NCBI RefSeq assembly: GCF_001194135.2
Contig: NC_068983.1
Coordinates: 110,908,833-110,960,937, forward strand
Direction of reading: 5' to 3'
DNA from: Octopus bimaculoides
Lineage: Eukaryota
DNA: 52,105 bases
Shown here: piece by piece, positions 24,902 to 37,674 of the stretch
Numbering within the stretch: position 1 is the first letter of the stretch
How the letters are laid out: the number at the start of each line of letters is the position of its first letter
The notes under the pieces: model-generated
The model's input: the letters and a program-made list of their open reading frames with translations, nothing else
Databases searched by the model: none
Told to the model about the DNA's origin: nothing
Program-made: the position numbers and the translations under genes

Positions 24902-24979
24902 TGTGTCTGATGACAGAATACCCAGTGTATGGAGATGCTAACCTATTACTTGGGATATTCCAGAAACATCTGTAAGACA
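24902..24979 (+). ncRNA. Type I hammerhead ribozyme with long stem II
   Basis: Stem I TGTGT/AGACA (one mismatch), CTGATGA at 24907-24913, long stem II gaatacccagt / acttgggatattc, GAAA at 24963-24966, stem III ACA-tc-TGT, triplet GTA with cut after 24974. Confidence 0.65.
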
Positions 24980-25114
24980 TCCAACAACTGATGAAGGTTG
25001 TTCTTCATGTTACTTGTTTTGTTTTCCATTTGTTTCTCTCGTTTGTGTATTCAACTCATTTGTTTTCGTATTTCATGTTGTTTACGGTGTGTGACGTCCT
25101 GTACCCACATATGC

Positions 25115-25153
<39 letters not shown>

Positions 25154-25429
25154 TGTGTGTGTGTATGTGTGTGTGATTGTGTGTGTGTGGCGTGTGTGTG
25201 TGAGAGTGTGTGTGTGAAACACGTGTAGAATTATATTATTCATAACATAAACCAACCGAAAATCTCCTTTATATCATAGATTGTCTCTACCTCCAAGGTA
25301 TGTTAGTGAATGTTCAGGAATAATGCACTTATATTTTTAATATTTAGGAAAGGAAAGGATTTTCAATAATAATACAAAATACTAAAATGAGGCTTTAGGT
25401 GAAGTGAGTATAATGACAGATTTAAGTTC

Positions 25430-26000
25430 ATTTCAGACGCTGGCCTTGTGGGTTGCCTAGGTACAGAGAGCGGTGCCAGAATTGGCTGAGCGCTTACCTC
25501 TTCAATATTGGTCCGGTGACCCTGAGATTCTTTGCTGATCATTCCAAGCCGAGTACGGCACAATTTCTTTTCGGAAATAACCCGAACTTCACGACAGACA
25601 TGACGATGGTGGGTGATTTGGGTAGACAGGCTACAATTGAAGATCAGCACAAAACCCTGAAATCAATAAGGAGTTCTACACATTTAACCGCGGTGAAGAC
25701 CCACCACTATGGCAGAAAGAGGTGTAGAAGGAAAGAGATATTACCAGCTCTTCTAATCTATTGTGAAAACTAATGTTCCCACATTATTTTTTCCCACCCA
25801 AGGGAGATTCTATTCCCTTGCATCATAGGTACCATATCATTTTCGACAGGAACAATATAAAGGTATCCTACTTTTCTGTACCCAATGTGACTAACATTGC
25901 AGCCACATGTAATGGGTTGAAACTTGCTAAATATATTGCCAGAAGTCATTATGTCATAGCAGATGACACTGGTTGGCATACCACGAATTAAGCTCAACCA
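25430..26000 (+). mobile_element. Decayed Penelope-like element (RT-EN linker region)
   Basis: Frameshifted peptides SIVKTNV and LHHRYHIIFDRNNIKVSYFSVPNVTNI match the PLE motif S.VKTNIG...HPLHKIFNRNTVKVSYSC.PN. Confidence 0.65.
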
Positions 26001-26265
26001 GACCATGCAGATTGCAGTGTTTCCTCCAAAGGAACACGCAGCGAGGAGAACTACCAAGGGAAGAAATGATTTCTCGAGAACACCAAAGACATGAGCGAAT
26101 GCGAACACGACACATTAGGTTATACCAATCAGTTATGCATTTCACTGTACATTGAATGAACGACTGACCTGTTCACTTTAGCACCGTCCAACACTTCCTG
26201 GTTATAACTTCAGAACTCCCGGGAATTTCCCCTTGAATATGCAGTAGACACATACAAACGTAGTA

Positions 26266-26310
<45 letters not shown>

Positions 26311-27463
26311 TGTTTAGACACAGTAGTAGAAAATATTACATTCGCGCTACGGTTAATCCCGTGAAACAACATATTTCTATGCAGAAGCACAACTCTGTAA
26401 CCAGATAATATAGCTCTACTTCATTCACTGAATATATCCATAGTTAATATGATAACAAGGTAATTTATATTTTAAAATGTCTGGTGAAGATACATGCCAT
26501 TAATGTACCAGTGAGGTTTCATCCCTGCGGGTTGCATACCAAGGTGGGGTTGTGGATTGTATTAGCTAACACACTCTCCTTGTACGAACCCCTTTCTTAT
26601 TCTGCGTATGTATCCTACCCGTGCTTGTATCGAGAACACTTTTATGGATTACCGGATTATTGCACTACTAGAGACAATAAGATGCATGACAATGGATAAC
26701 TTCGTGTGCCAACCGACCTGACTTTGATCAAGAATGTACAATGACCTAAAAGATGACGGAGAAAACTTGTAATATAACGCCTTTTTGGCGGAATGCAACT
26801 TGCATTTCGTACGACTTTGGACTGAGTTGGCTTAAAACTTAGTAGACCAGACGAATGCACATCAAAGTCTCGAGAAAAAAAAAAAACATTGCTTATGTGA
26901 ATACAAACAAACATTACAATGGCAAGAGACAGTCAATAGGTGCGCGATCGAGAAGGGTAGTAGTAACTTAAGAAGTTTAGTTGCCGTACGGTATGATATT
27001 AAGGAGGAAATTCATGCACGAGTATATGTATGCATATATACGTACTGGTGCATCGTGAACGCTCGCATGTACATGTATGTGTATGCATGTGTGAACTTGT
27101 ATGTGTGAATAATTTCTCGTATGTGTCCGGCAGAGTATGTTCAGGTATGTGCATATAATCGTATACGTACGTTGATGAACGCGTGCGAGTGGCTGTATGC
27201 GTGATTAGACGTTACACCACATTCCACTCACTAGAGGTTACGGAGATATTTACAAATACTTGCTTCCTCTACCATAATGCTGGTTCCTTGAAGCTAAGTT
27301 TATGAGCCTGTGGTCATCTGTAGTGACCACTATCTCTCTCCATCCCTCATATACGTCAGTAGCTGTTCGTAGAGCGAGTGATATTTTCGCTATTGTTGTC
27401 ACGTTTGTAGCCGCTGTGACTGACGTTTGTATTGTCTTTACCATTGTTAGCATTGCTTTGGAG

Positions 27464-27513
27464 TTTCTTCTTCTTCTTCTTCTTCTTCTTCTTCTTCTTC
27501 TTCTTCTTCTTCT

Positions 27514-27590
<77 letters not shown>

Positions 27591-27672
27591 TTCCTCTTCT
27601 TCTTCTTCTTCCTCTCCATCTTCCTCTTCTTCTTCTTCTTCCTCTCCTTCATCTTCTTCTTCCTCTTCTTCA

Positions 27673-27707
<35 letters not shown>

Positions 27708-27783
27708 TTCCTCTTCTTCTTCTTCTTCTTCCTCTCCATCTTCCTCTTCTTCTTCTTCTTCCTCTTCTTCATCTTCTTCTTCC

Positions 27784-27819
<36 letters not shown>

Positions 27820-27861
27820 TCTTCTTCTTCCTCTTCTTCTTCTTCCTCTACTTCTTCCTCT

Positions 27862-27911
<50 letters not shown>

Positions 27912-28019
27912 ATCTTCTTCTTCTTCTTCTTCTTCTTCTTCTTCTTCTTCTTCTTCCCCTCCTCCTCCTCCTCATTCTTCTTCTTCTTCTTTCTTTCTTT
28001 CTTTCTCTCTTTCTTTCTC

Positions 28020-28074
<55 letters not shown>
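27464..28074. repeat. ~610 bp polypyrimidine tract: (CTT)n/(CCT) compound repeat ending in (CT)n
   Basis: Nearly purine-free + strand. Source of the poly-L, poly-K and poly-F pseudo-ORFs. Confidence 0.95.
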
Positions 28075-28075
<1 letters not shown>

Positions 28076-28650
28076 AATATCTATGTGCACAGTTGTGAAT
28101 GTGCATAAGTGTCTATCTAAAGATGTACGAGAGGGCGTAGCATCCACTGTCTTCTTTGCATTGACCATTTCTATCTTATCCTGGGCATTTTGTCACCCAG
28201 TATTCCATTGCATGGGCATAGTAAGTAATTTGCGTAATTTGCGTATATTGAACAAAGCTAATGATGTACTTTGCATCTTGTGTAGAAAACACTAACGTGG
28301 AGTTTCGATGAGAATGCAATTTCGCCAAACAGCTGCATAATCTTGCCAGTTGATTTACTGAAACAATTATTCCGCACACTAGTCTATCCCGAGGTTTGAT
28401 GACAATAGTCTAACAGCAATGGACGCAAGAGTCTAATGGGGAACTTATTACCGAGCCCTATCATATGGTTATGTGTCGCAATTTCAAGTGCGTGTATATA
28501 CTGTAAATAATGAGAGAAAATATAGGGAGACGCGCAAGCAAGGCCGTTTGGTAAAGAGGTCATATTATATAAACAAAATCGTAGCTTTTTAGTTTTGCAT
28601 TCAAGTGGGGAAGTGCTGAATCTTATATTAGATTTTATTAATATATCATA

Positions 28651-29160
28651 GGCGTAGGAGTGTCTGTGTGGTAAGTAGCTTGCTTACCAAGCACATGGTT
28701 CCGGGTTCAGTCCCACTGCGTGGCACCTTGGGTAAGTGTCTTCTACTATAGCCTCGGGCCGACCAAAGCCTTGTGAGTGGATTTGGTAGACGGAAACTGA
28801 AAGAAGCCTGTCGTATATATGTACATATATATATATATATATANNNNNNNNNNNNNNNNNNNNNNNNNNNNNNNNNNNNNNNNNNNNNNNNNNNNNNNNN
28901 NNNNNNNATATATATATGTATGTGTGTGTGTATATGTTTGTGTATCTCTGTTTGTCCCCCCCCCCAACATCGCTTGACAACCGATGCCGGTGTGTTTACG
29001 TCCCCGTAACTTAGCGGTTCGGCTAAAGAGACCGATAGAATAAGTACTAGGCTTCCAAAGAATAAGTCCTGGGGTCGATTAGCTCGACTAAAAGGCGGTG
29101 CTCCAGCATGGCCACAGTCACATGACTGAAACAAGTAAAAGAGTAAAAGAGTAAAAGAGA
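28651..29160 (+). mobile_element. Full-length family A SINE (contains assembly gap 28844-28907 in its microsatellite spacer)
   Basis: ggcgtaggagtgtctgtgtggtaagtagc...ccgggttcagtccc...gtaaaagagtaaaagagtaaaagaga; well preserved relative to 1829-2240. Confidence 0.92.
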
Positions 29161-29271
29161 TATCACATGCTAAAACTCTCCCCTGTTTTTACTCTGAGTT
29201 TCCCGTTCATTGACAGTTCTTTATATATAAAAATCAAAGGCTTGATAGCTTCTTTCAATTATCTCTTTCAG

Positions 29272-29630
29272 ATTGTGTTAAAGAACTGCATATCAATTTT
29301 GACAATGGTATAAAAGATATTTCGTCTTCCCTTCAGACAATTGCAATTATGAATGTAAATACAGAAGATGGTAAAGGAATATTTAATGGTGGAAAATTGA
29401 CACTTTGGAGATATAATGGATATTCATTTCCTAATGGAATCACGTTTCATTTATCCTACAAAAGAACTGACTTCACAGAGGGATTGCAAGCAATTTTCAT
29501 GAGCTGCGATGAAAATAATCACAAAGCCAATCTTGGCATTATGCTGAACGCTACCTCTGCTGCAGAAGACAAAGTGCATATCTTTGTTCGTCCAAATAGA
29601 CGCAACACGGAATTGGTGTTTGCATCGCAG
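29272..29630 (+). CDS. Exon encoding the N-terminal part of a LamG/ConA-like domain (Pif/BMSP-like)
   Basis: Acceptor atctctttcag, 359 nt open frame xCVKELHINFDNGIKDISS...GKGIFNGGKLTLWRYNG...LQAIFMSCD...ELVFASQ, donor CAG|gtatat. The pattern C..ELH.NFD.G..D.S...G...F.G...L..WR is typical of molluscan Pif-like LamG domains. Confidence 0.88.
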
Positions 29631-29723
29631 GTATATATTTATGTTCGTAAATATGTGTGTTGTGCTTATATGTATCAAGATATGTTACAGGGAACCGTGT
29701 ATCACTGACTGACTGAAGATAAG

Positions 29724-29783
<60 letters not shown>

Positions 29784-32197
29784 TTTCTAAATATAATTTA
29801 AAATTACTACATACAGTAGAATTATGGCGTCTGAAGATTGATCAAAAGTTCATAGTTTGATTTTCAGTATGGTCTGACACACTTATTTCAGAAGTAAAAT
29901 GTGATTCTGAGGTTTGTACGGTAAACACAAACATTAAGCTGATTTAACCATTATATTTCTCCCATATTTGTATGTAAATATATTTAATCACTTAATGGTG
30001 GATTACTCATTTAATCACAAAGACATAATATATAATTTGGCCTTTGGGAGTTATTTAGAATTTACACGACCTTAGAAGCACACAAATTTATGAGATGCGC
30101 AGTTTAATATATTTCAATTTAGTTGTTACATACGTTAAAAAGAAAAGAAAAAAAAGAGCCAAATATATGAGATACCATATTCAGTTCTTTAATCAATGAG
30201 AAATTGTGCGGATTATTAACCCTAACAACTGAGTGTCAGCATCAGTTGGTGATATACTAAATATATCAATTCAGAAATATAATAAGAGAACAAAGTTTTC
30301 GGTATATTAATTAGTCACCAAATATAAAATAGAATTAAATTTAATCATTTCATGCAAACTTTAAGCAACTCATTATTCCATTTCAATACTTGAATTTAAC
30401 GGGCTCTTCTTCTAAGGAGAGTTAGACCGAAATTAAGTTAATCTCCAATTTTTGATCAACTTTGCAGGAGTTAATTTTCCTATTAATTTCGGTAACTATT
30501 TCTTCTCAATAAGTCAAAGCACCTACCCTTAATAACAAAGGTAATAAACCTGGCTGATTCTTAAAACCATATGAGACCACCAATATATATAAAATACATT
30601 CATTCAGGCGTAAAGTATTAATTTAATAGAAACTACTGCATTCATCGGAAATTATTTGTATATGCTCTTAAACAACTCCTAATGAAACATTTCATTAATT
30701 CATAATAATTTATCATCCTATGTATTAATAAATTTTGTCCCCAGTGACGCGTTCTGATAGTAAATATCAAAGTCCCACATACCTCAATGTATGTATTTAA
30801 ATTACACTGGCATTATAGTATTCAGTCATTTCTTTCACTATATTAATAGTTATATATATCTAAATATCGACGTATACAGTAATTGGAAGCGAAGGAAATA
30901 CAGATCTTTCCATAAGTAATAACATACATTATAGAGTGATTACTTTCATAATTACTTTTCAAATATTAGCTTATTTCTAAAGGTCATAAATAATTAAGTA
31001 TGGCCATAATTACAAAAATTAAATTAACATTGATACTCACACAATTTTGTTCTCCTGTTTAACATCAAAATATTTATAATTGCCTTGTAGTTTATAATAC
31101 TTCGCTTGATTCATCATGTTGTTTCAGAATTAACATCCTGTGGAGTCTTGCACGCTTTTTCTGTGGTTAAAATAGAAAGCATTAAAATAAGCGTATGCTA
31201 TAATAAGCAGTCCTTAACCTTCTTACTTTCAAAATTAGTCAACCGTAAGACATAAGTTACAAAACCATCGAATATAAGTGAACACAAAGACAGTCAGTCA
31301 CAGGCATACATACATGGACATTGGCTCACACACTCATATATGTGACTGTGTGCGGAAATCAGATTACATTCGGTTTTATATAATATACGTCATCAGGTTT
31401 AATACAGGATTTTCCTGAAATTGAATACATTTTTGAAGTTTGATTTAAATTGATTAACTAGGTAACAGCTATTCATATTATTACATAAATATATCTGTTG
31501 GAATCAATGGCGTAACCTTATAATAACTACATTTGTTTCACAGTTACATGCGTCCTATTTCCTAAGATGTTGAAAGTTTGAGCAACTGCCTGTAGCAAGG
31601 AACGAGTCACTCCCGACGGAAACTGCAAATATCAAATGTATATTTTTTGGTGTTTCATACTTAATTAGTATCGTATTTTGATGCCGCAAACGATGTTATG
31701 TGTTTTTGACAATGCTCAGGCTGTGCAAGCATTCGCAACCAATTACTGTTCTATTGATAAAGATTTTTAATCTCCCATTCTATCACTCGTCCGAGAAATT
31801 ATGAAGAAGAGCAATTTTCTGCCCTTCCTTGTACAAACCTGAAAAAATGTAAAAAAAAATAGTGAACGTGATTCCCAGTTTTAAAATCAATTCTATAAAA
31901 TATAATCTAAACCAATCAATAAGTTCATAATTTCAAGCATATTGCCGAAAGTGTCATCTGTTTCAATGCAATTATTAATATGCTGTATATTTTGATAAGA
32001 CTAATCAAATCATGTGGCTGAAATGTTTTTGAACATTTTAAGACTAACACTATTTCTACAAACTTGATTTAAATAACGATGACAATTAATATATACAGTG
32101 AGATGAGAGAAATGAAAAATAAATTGATGACACCTTCAATGTAATTAATTGCCAGCCATGAATTTTGATATTAGCTGCAATATGAATACTTACCCTT

Positions 32198-32418
32198 AAG
32201 GCGGCGACCTGGCAGAATTGTTAGCACGCCGAACGAAATGTTTAACGGAGCATTACGCCCGTCTTTACGTTCTCAGTTCAAACTCTACCGAGGTTGACTT
32301 TAAATTTCATCCTTCCAGGGTCGATGAAATAAATACAAGATTAGCACTTGGGTCGATGTAATTGACTTACCCCCTTTCCCTGAAATAATTAGCCTTGGGC
32401 CAAAATTTGAAACTGATA
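32198..32418 (+). mobile_element. tRNA-SINE family B
   Basis: aaggcggcgacctggcagaattgttagcacg head, ttcatccttccagggtcgatgaaataa core, ccttgggccaaaatttgaaac tail. Confidence 0.85.
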
Positions 32419-33552
32419 TTAATACTTGACCCGGCTTAATGTAGTACTCTTTGACGTTGAATTATAATGGTATAAAAATATCACGAACCAAGTGGAATAC
32501 TTGTGTTATTTATCAAACTGATTCATAAACGTTTACCAGGCTCTTTTAGTGATTTAAGTCTCAAATTCTAGTCATGCTCACGAACTACAGTCATCGATGT
32601 AATCAAGTGCATAGTTGATTATATCGTCTCCCCATTACATGACTAGTATTTATTATATCGGCTTAAGAAAGATAATACCAAATCAAATTGTTAACAAAGG
32701 AACTAGAATGTAACGAAATGCAACCAAATGCTATATAGTATATTATTAGAAGCACTTTAAGTTCCACTATCTAAATTCCGTAAAAGTTCTTAATTTTTGT
32801 CTATGTAACTTGGAGAGTAATACTGCATCAAAGGAGTGTGGATTTAACTTGAAGATGCAAGCCTACTCTTTCATAGCCGTATAATTCGAATTGTTGGAAA
32901 TAAGTATTTTACACTATTTATTATCGATTCCAGTTTTATCCTTATATCAGAATTTATATGGCACATATACTTCAATTATAAAACCTGCTGTCTGCAGTTG
33001 ATTTTTCATTCGATTTACTCTACCGCTAATTTATAATTAACCTTGTAAAAAGAATGAAATTTACAACATTCGTCCTTTTCCATGTATATGTTTTTGATGA
33101 TATCGACATATTCAGTGACTCTCCAGAACATTGCTAAATACTTTAATAAAACTGTAATAACAAAATAATAATGACTAAAAAAGGTGGAATGATGGTAGTA
33201 ATGAATAGTATGTCGTATGATGTGTGCTAAAAGCAACAATAGCTAGATGTAGGTACTTAAATACTCGACATCCATGAAATAATATTTCAACGATTTCTTC
33301 TCGGATAAGCAAAAGTTCTGTAATAAGTCCATAAGCCGATGCTAATAAAAAAATTGCAATGACTAAGGTCATCTGACAGTTAGTATATACATTAACCACA
33401 TAAGTTTATGTTAGAATACAATGGTCTGCATGATTTTATTAACGTATCTTTTTTTGAAATACATATGATAAATAGCGATTCAAGGTGTTTTTTATTCCTC
33501 TATATCACATCAAGTTTTCAATTTATACAGAAAAGTTACTTTTCTCTGTTGT

Positions 33553-33921
33553 TGGATACACCGTCGCTTACGACGTCGAGGGTTCCAGTTGATCCGATCA
33601 ACGGAACAGCCTGCTCGTGAAATTAACGTGCAAGTGGCTGAGCACTCCACAGACATGTGTACCCTTAACGTAGTTCTCGGGGATATTCAGTGTGACACAG
33701 TGTGACAAGGCTGGCCCTTTGAATTACAAGCACAACAGAAACAGGAAGAAAGAGTGAGAGAAAGAGTACAGCAGAGTTCGCCACGAATCCCCTGCCGGAG
33801 CCTCGTGGGACTTTAGGTGTTTTCGCTCAATAAACACTCACAACGCCCGGTCTGGGAATCGAAACCGCGATCCTATGACCGTTTGTCCGCTTTCCTAAAC
33901 ACTGGGCCATTGCGCCTCCAC
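33553..33921 (-). mobile_element. tRNA-SINE family C (CephSINE-like)
   Basis: Minus-strand tRNA head gtggaggcgcaatggcccagtg...gtttcgattcccagaccgggcg. Central ccagttgatccgatcaacggaacagcctgctcgtgaaattaacgtgcaagtggctgagcactcc is recalled as the cephalopod Ceph domain. Confidence 0.8.
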
Positions 33922-34030
33922 ACTTTTCTCTGTATAACATAACTAAATGATAATATATACTACCAATGAAAAGGCTTACCTTATATTGATTTGAATATTA
34001 AATCTAATATATTTTCTTTAATTTCTAATT

Positions 34031-34600
34031 GTGAATATGTCTAGAGGCTGCGCAAATTCACCAGAGATATTTATATTTTGCTATGTCTCCGGGCTATTCA
34101 CCCCTTCTTACTCTTGGAACACTATTACTCCTTTGTTGAAGGGCTGCTATTTAGTTTATTTTGGCTGCAAACTGAGAGAACAAGACAAGCCATTTGTACC
34201 TCACAGAGCTTACAAGAGTCGCATTAGTTAGTTCCAAATGTAGTCACTTGGAAAACTGAATTGTATGCCCTTTGGAGTACAAATGTTATGGTGGGAACAG
34301 ATGAACGCTCATGATGACAGATACTTCTGTATCACTAAAGTAACTGGATTCAATAAGAATACTAAGGATCGCATAATATATCCAAATATTCCGTCAGCAA
34401 TAAGGCCTGCCCCACACTCAGATGATACTCCTGTATCTCTGCTACCTGAGAGAGGAAATTTCATCAGAGGCTGATATTAGTGATACTAATGAGATGGAAG
34501 TAGACTATGAACCACCAAGAAATGACGATCCTAACTTCTTCAAACAAGTTGAGTTCAATGACTTGCTGAGAGACCATAACCTTAACCAGTGTAATTTGTA
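34031..34600 (+). mobile_element. 5' fragment of a DNA transposase ORF, probably CMC/Chapaev3-like (pseudogenised)
   Basis: MSRGCANSPE.FCYVSG...YLVYFGCKLREQDKPFVPH and MPFGVQMLWWEQMNAHDDRYFCITKVTGFNKN...IIYPNIPSAIRPAPHSDDTPV match a widespread animal transposase N-terminus (YFGCKLGDQDKPWAPH; MPFAVPM.WREP.NH..DCYFC). Superfamily name is from memory. Confidence 0.65.
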
Positions 34601-34648
34601 TTAAATAAGCGCACGTTTTATTAATGATATTCTCATAATTATTTACAG

Positions 34649-34739
34649 AAATCCGACTGGAATGATGTATATTTCTTGTTCAACAAATATTACTTGAATG
34701 CGACTGTGAATCATGAGACAAAATCTATTAAAGTTTCAG
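34649..34739 (+). CDS. Pif-like LamG exon
   Basis: tttacag|KSDWNDVYFLFNKYYLNATVNHETKSIKVS G|gtaaat; 91 nt, phase 0 to 1. Contains the LamG W..V...Y/F......VN motif. Confidence 0.85.
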
Positions 34740-37249
34740 GTAAATTTAACTTTATCTTACAAAAGAAATTATTCGTGATTATTTGTATTTTACAATAATT
34801 ATCCATGTGTATTACATAGTCTAAGTTTTTAGATAGTGCAACGCAACGTCGTATATGTAATTTCCGTTTATCTGACTCTAGAGTTTATTCAACTCATGAA
34901 ATAAATTTTGCGTACAGTACTTTCAGTGCTAAAAAAAGTATCTGACGTAGAAGCTTGCTTCATTGTGTTCTTTCTTACTTATTCGGTTTATTTGTATACA
35001 AGCGGTTGGCATACGTACCTTACAAACATTATATGCTTCGCCATAACGTGGTGAAAGTCGAGTCTCTTGAGTGAAAAATCTATTAATTATAGAGAAGAAA
35101 TCTCTCATTGCCACATTTCATTCACTAGTAATCTTAGTCAACAAATATAGCAATCATTAGCTGATATAATCATAAATGATATACCTTTTATTTACTAATG
35201 AGATCTTTTGTAATCGAATGTTACTTATTTTTAATTTCAGAATAAATGCTCTTAGGATTCAAATATATTTAACTGAATTTAAATGAAACCACTATATTAC
35301 GGTCATTATATTTATCGACAATAAACGTCATTAAGTGAACGACAAAGCTAGCAAAGCTTGATCTTGAAACCTAGATGCAGGAAACGTCTGTCTGTATCAA
35401 ATTTAATTCACTGCTCTGCAACATTCGTCAGATCCCTACAAAGCTATAATAAAGACTATTTTCTAATTTTAGCCCACAATCGCGTACGTGTAAATAAATC
35501 TATCAAAACGTACATCTGCTGTTTATTTTCTCGGGCCCAAGTATGCAATGTTGCCTATTTTACGTTATCAAAAGTTTTAACTTTAGAACTTTTTTTCCAA
35601 TGAAAATAAGGTTTCAAGGCCCACCTCAAGTTCCTAGTACTACGCTATTCAGAGACACCTATATTTAATTTGAGCTGCTGTGATGTGTTTAGGCTGATGA
35701 AAGTCATAGATGTGTTCTCCTCTCTGGTGGTGCGATATTCCAATAGAGTTGATATGGAAGAATGATATCTCGCATTGCCCCTTAGCATTTTAATCTCCCA
35801 GAAAATACAAAATATAAGTAACATATCTCGTGAAAGTTAGGTAGAGTGGTTAGTATTCTATTTAGAATGTGACTTTACATTGAAAAATGCCACATTGCAA
35901 CTAAGAAACCTGCTAGCTTTTGAAGTTAGAGCGTATAGAGTCAAAACTAAATATTTCATTTTCCTTGTACCGCTTCTAAACTTCAGATATGACAATTTAA
36001 GTTGCATCTGATTCCAATTCGTGAAATATATTTTTCCTGTTCATTTTGATTGATATTCCAACTTCAATGTATTAAGATATTTTAATTATTTAAGATGTGG
36101 GGACAATTTAATTACTGTTCAGATAACAGGTGCACTTCAGCAGACACCATCTGAGCATTTTATATACATTTATGCGCTACTTAAAATGGGCAAGAAATCA
36201 TAGTTTGGACTGAGATTTAGGTTTGAAAATGCAGACACTTTACAGACAGTTACGCATAATTTTGTTTATATCCATATCAGAAAATTCAGTTGATGTTTGA
36301 AATGTGACAGACGGTGCAATCCAACGTCTCTGGCTAAAGTATTTATATAGTTTATATACATTATTTTAATTACTAATACCACCAATTATTAGCAGCCTAT
36401 GTGGATAGATATACGTACATTGAAGCATGTATAACTCATACATACTCACTCATACATGTATACATACTCACATATACGTACACACACAGTATTTATAAGA
36501 TAAAGGGTTGCAGTATTTATGACAAATATCTTACGATGTTGTACGCGAAAGTTAAGAGACAAACGTGAACACTACAATGTCTACAGTTTCAAAATGAACC
36601 AATATTAACTCATGGGTAAAAATCTTTAATGTACTTTAATGTGTGTATCAGTTTCTCTTTCTCTCTCTTTCCTTTGTTTGTTTATTTGTTTTTTCCTTCT
36701 GTCTTTCACTTTCTCTCCAACACTCTCTTCTACCCATCCGCTACATACTTGATAGTGGATTTGTTTTCATGTATCTGTAAGTTACATTAGATAATAAATT
36801 TATCGCTCCAACTTGAACAGAAATGCAATGCAGGGCACTGTCACAAGTATATGTATGTTGCCTGAGACAGCAGTTCACCATTCGTTATAAATGAAGAAAT
36901 TCTACATTCATGTTTTTAAGGTTTGGAAATTCATTTGATTTCTGGCACGTTTAAGTATGTATCATGGTCCATCTGGTGGTGACTTCTTCAGCTTCAATGT
37001 TTGTCTGCGTTACGCAGCGCCAACATTTAGTGCACTTGCTGCTGTTACATTCGCTGTCTGTTCTATAGTCGTTTGTGGGTTCGATCATTTGCTACTGCGG
37101 CATTGCTGATTAGTGAATAATATAGTCGATGCTAGTTGTCTATCTGCATAATAATGATAACGACGCTAAAATAGGCCGCTATAGCGACAGGAGCCTAATC
37201 ATATTCTGTAAAAGTCTATAATAAACTTCTATGCAATCCTTTATTTTTC

Positions 37250-37674
37250 CACACATAGGATCGATTTTCTTCACTACTTCATGGGAGACGACCCTGCCTG
37301 ACACGAGTCCCAGGCTCAGCTGGCTCCGGCTGATAGTACCTGGTATGTGCCCCTATCCAGAGTTACGGAAAGGAGACAACCTTCAAAGAAATCCGGAGTG
37401 GAGCCCCGTAGGCGGTTTAGAGTTCGACTCGACACTTCCGGCAGCTCCTGCAACCAAGCAGGTGCCAAACGTAATGCTCTGCACTCCTTTGGGCTACATC
37501 AGCAAGGTCGAGAGTGGAATCCTGACGATTGGGCTACCCGGGATTTTCTTATATCTATCCTAGGCCTGCGCAAGACTGGAAAGGACATGAAGTGTAGAAA
37601 CCAGACTGGATTAGTTTATGCGCAACTCCATTGTCTCCAGAGACAAAAGGGTGCCAACAACAACAACAACAACA
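37250..37674 (+). mobile_element. GC-rich non-autonomous element, probably RTE-derived (5' UTR-like part + 3' end with (CAA)n tail)
   Basis: GC island with no meaningful ORF, ending tgtctccagagacaaaagggtgcc(aac)n, resembling RTE-type 3' ends with short tandem tails. Confidence 0.5.

Noticed and set aside
24985-25020. Second CTGATGA after the 24902 ribozyme (also isolated CTGATGA at 3884, 23425 and 35694)
   Set aside because: No stem II plus GAAA downstream.
27302-28168. Long poly-Leu, poly-Lys and poly-Phe ORFs
   Set aside because: Translations of the (CTT)n tract; no splice or codon evidence of coding.
35345-35395. GAAACGTC followed by TGTC, hammerhead-like 3' half
   Set aside because: No CTGANGA box or stem II upstream.
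36964-36986. CCATCTGGTGG, CTCF-like motif
   Set aside because: Partial match lacking the GCGC end; expected by chance or from old transposon sequence.
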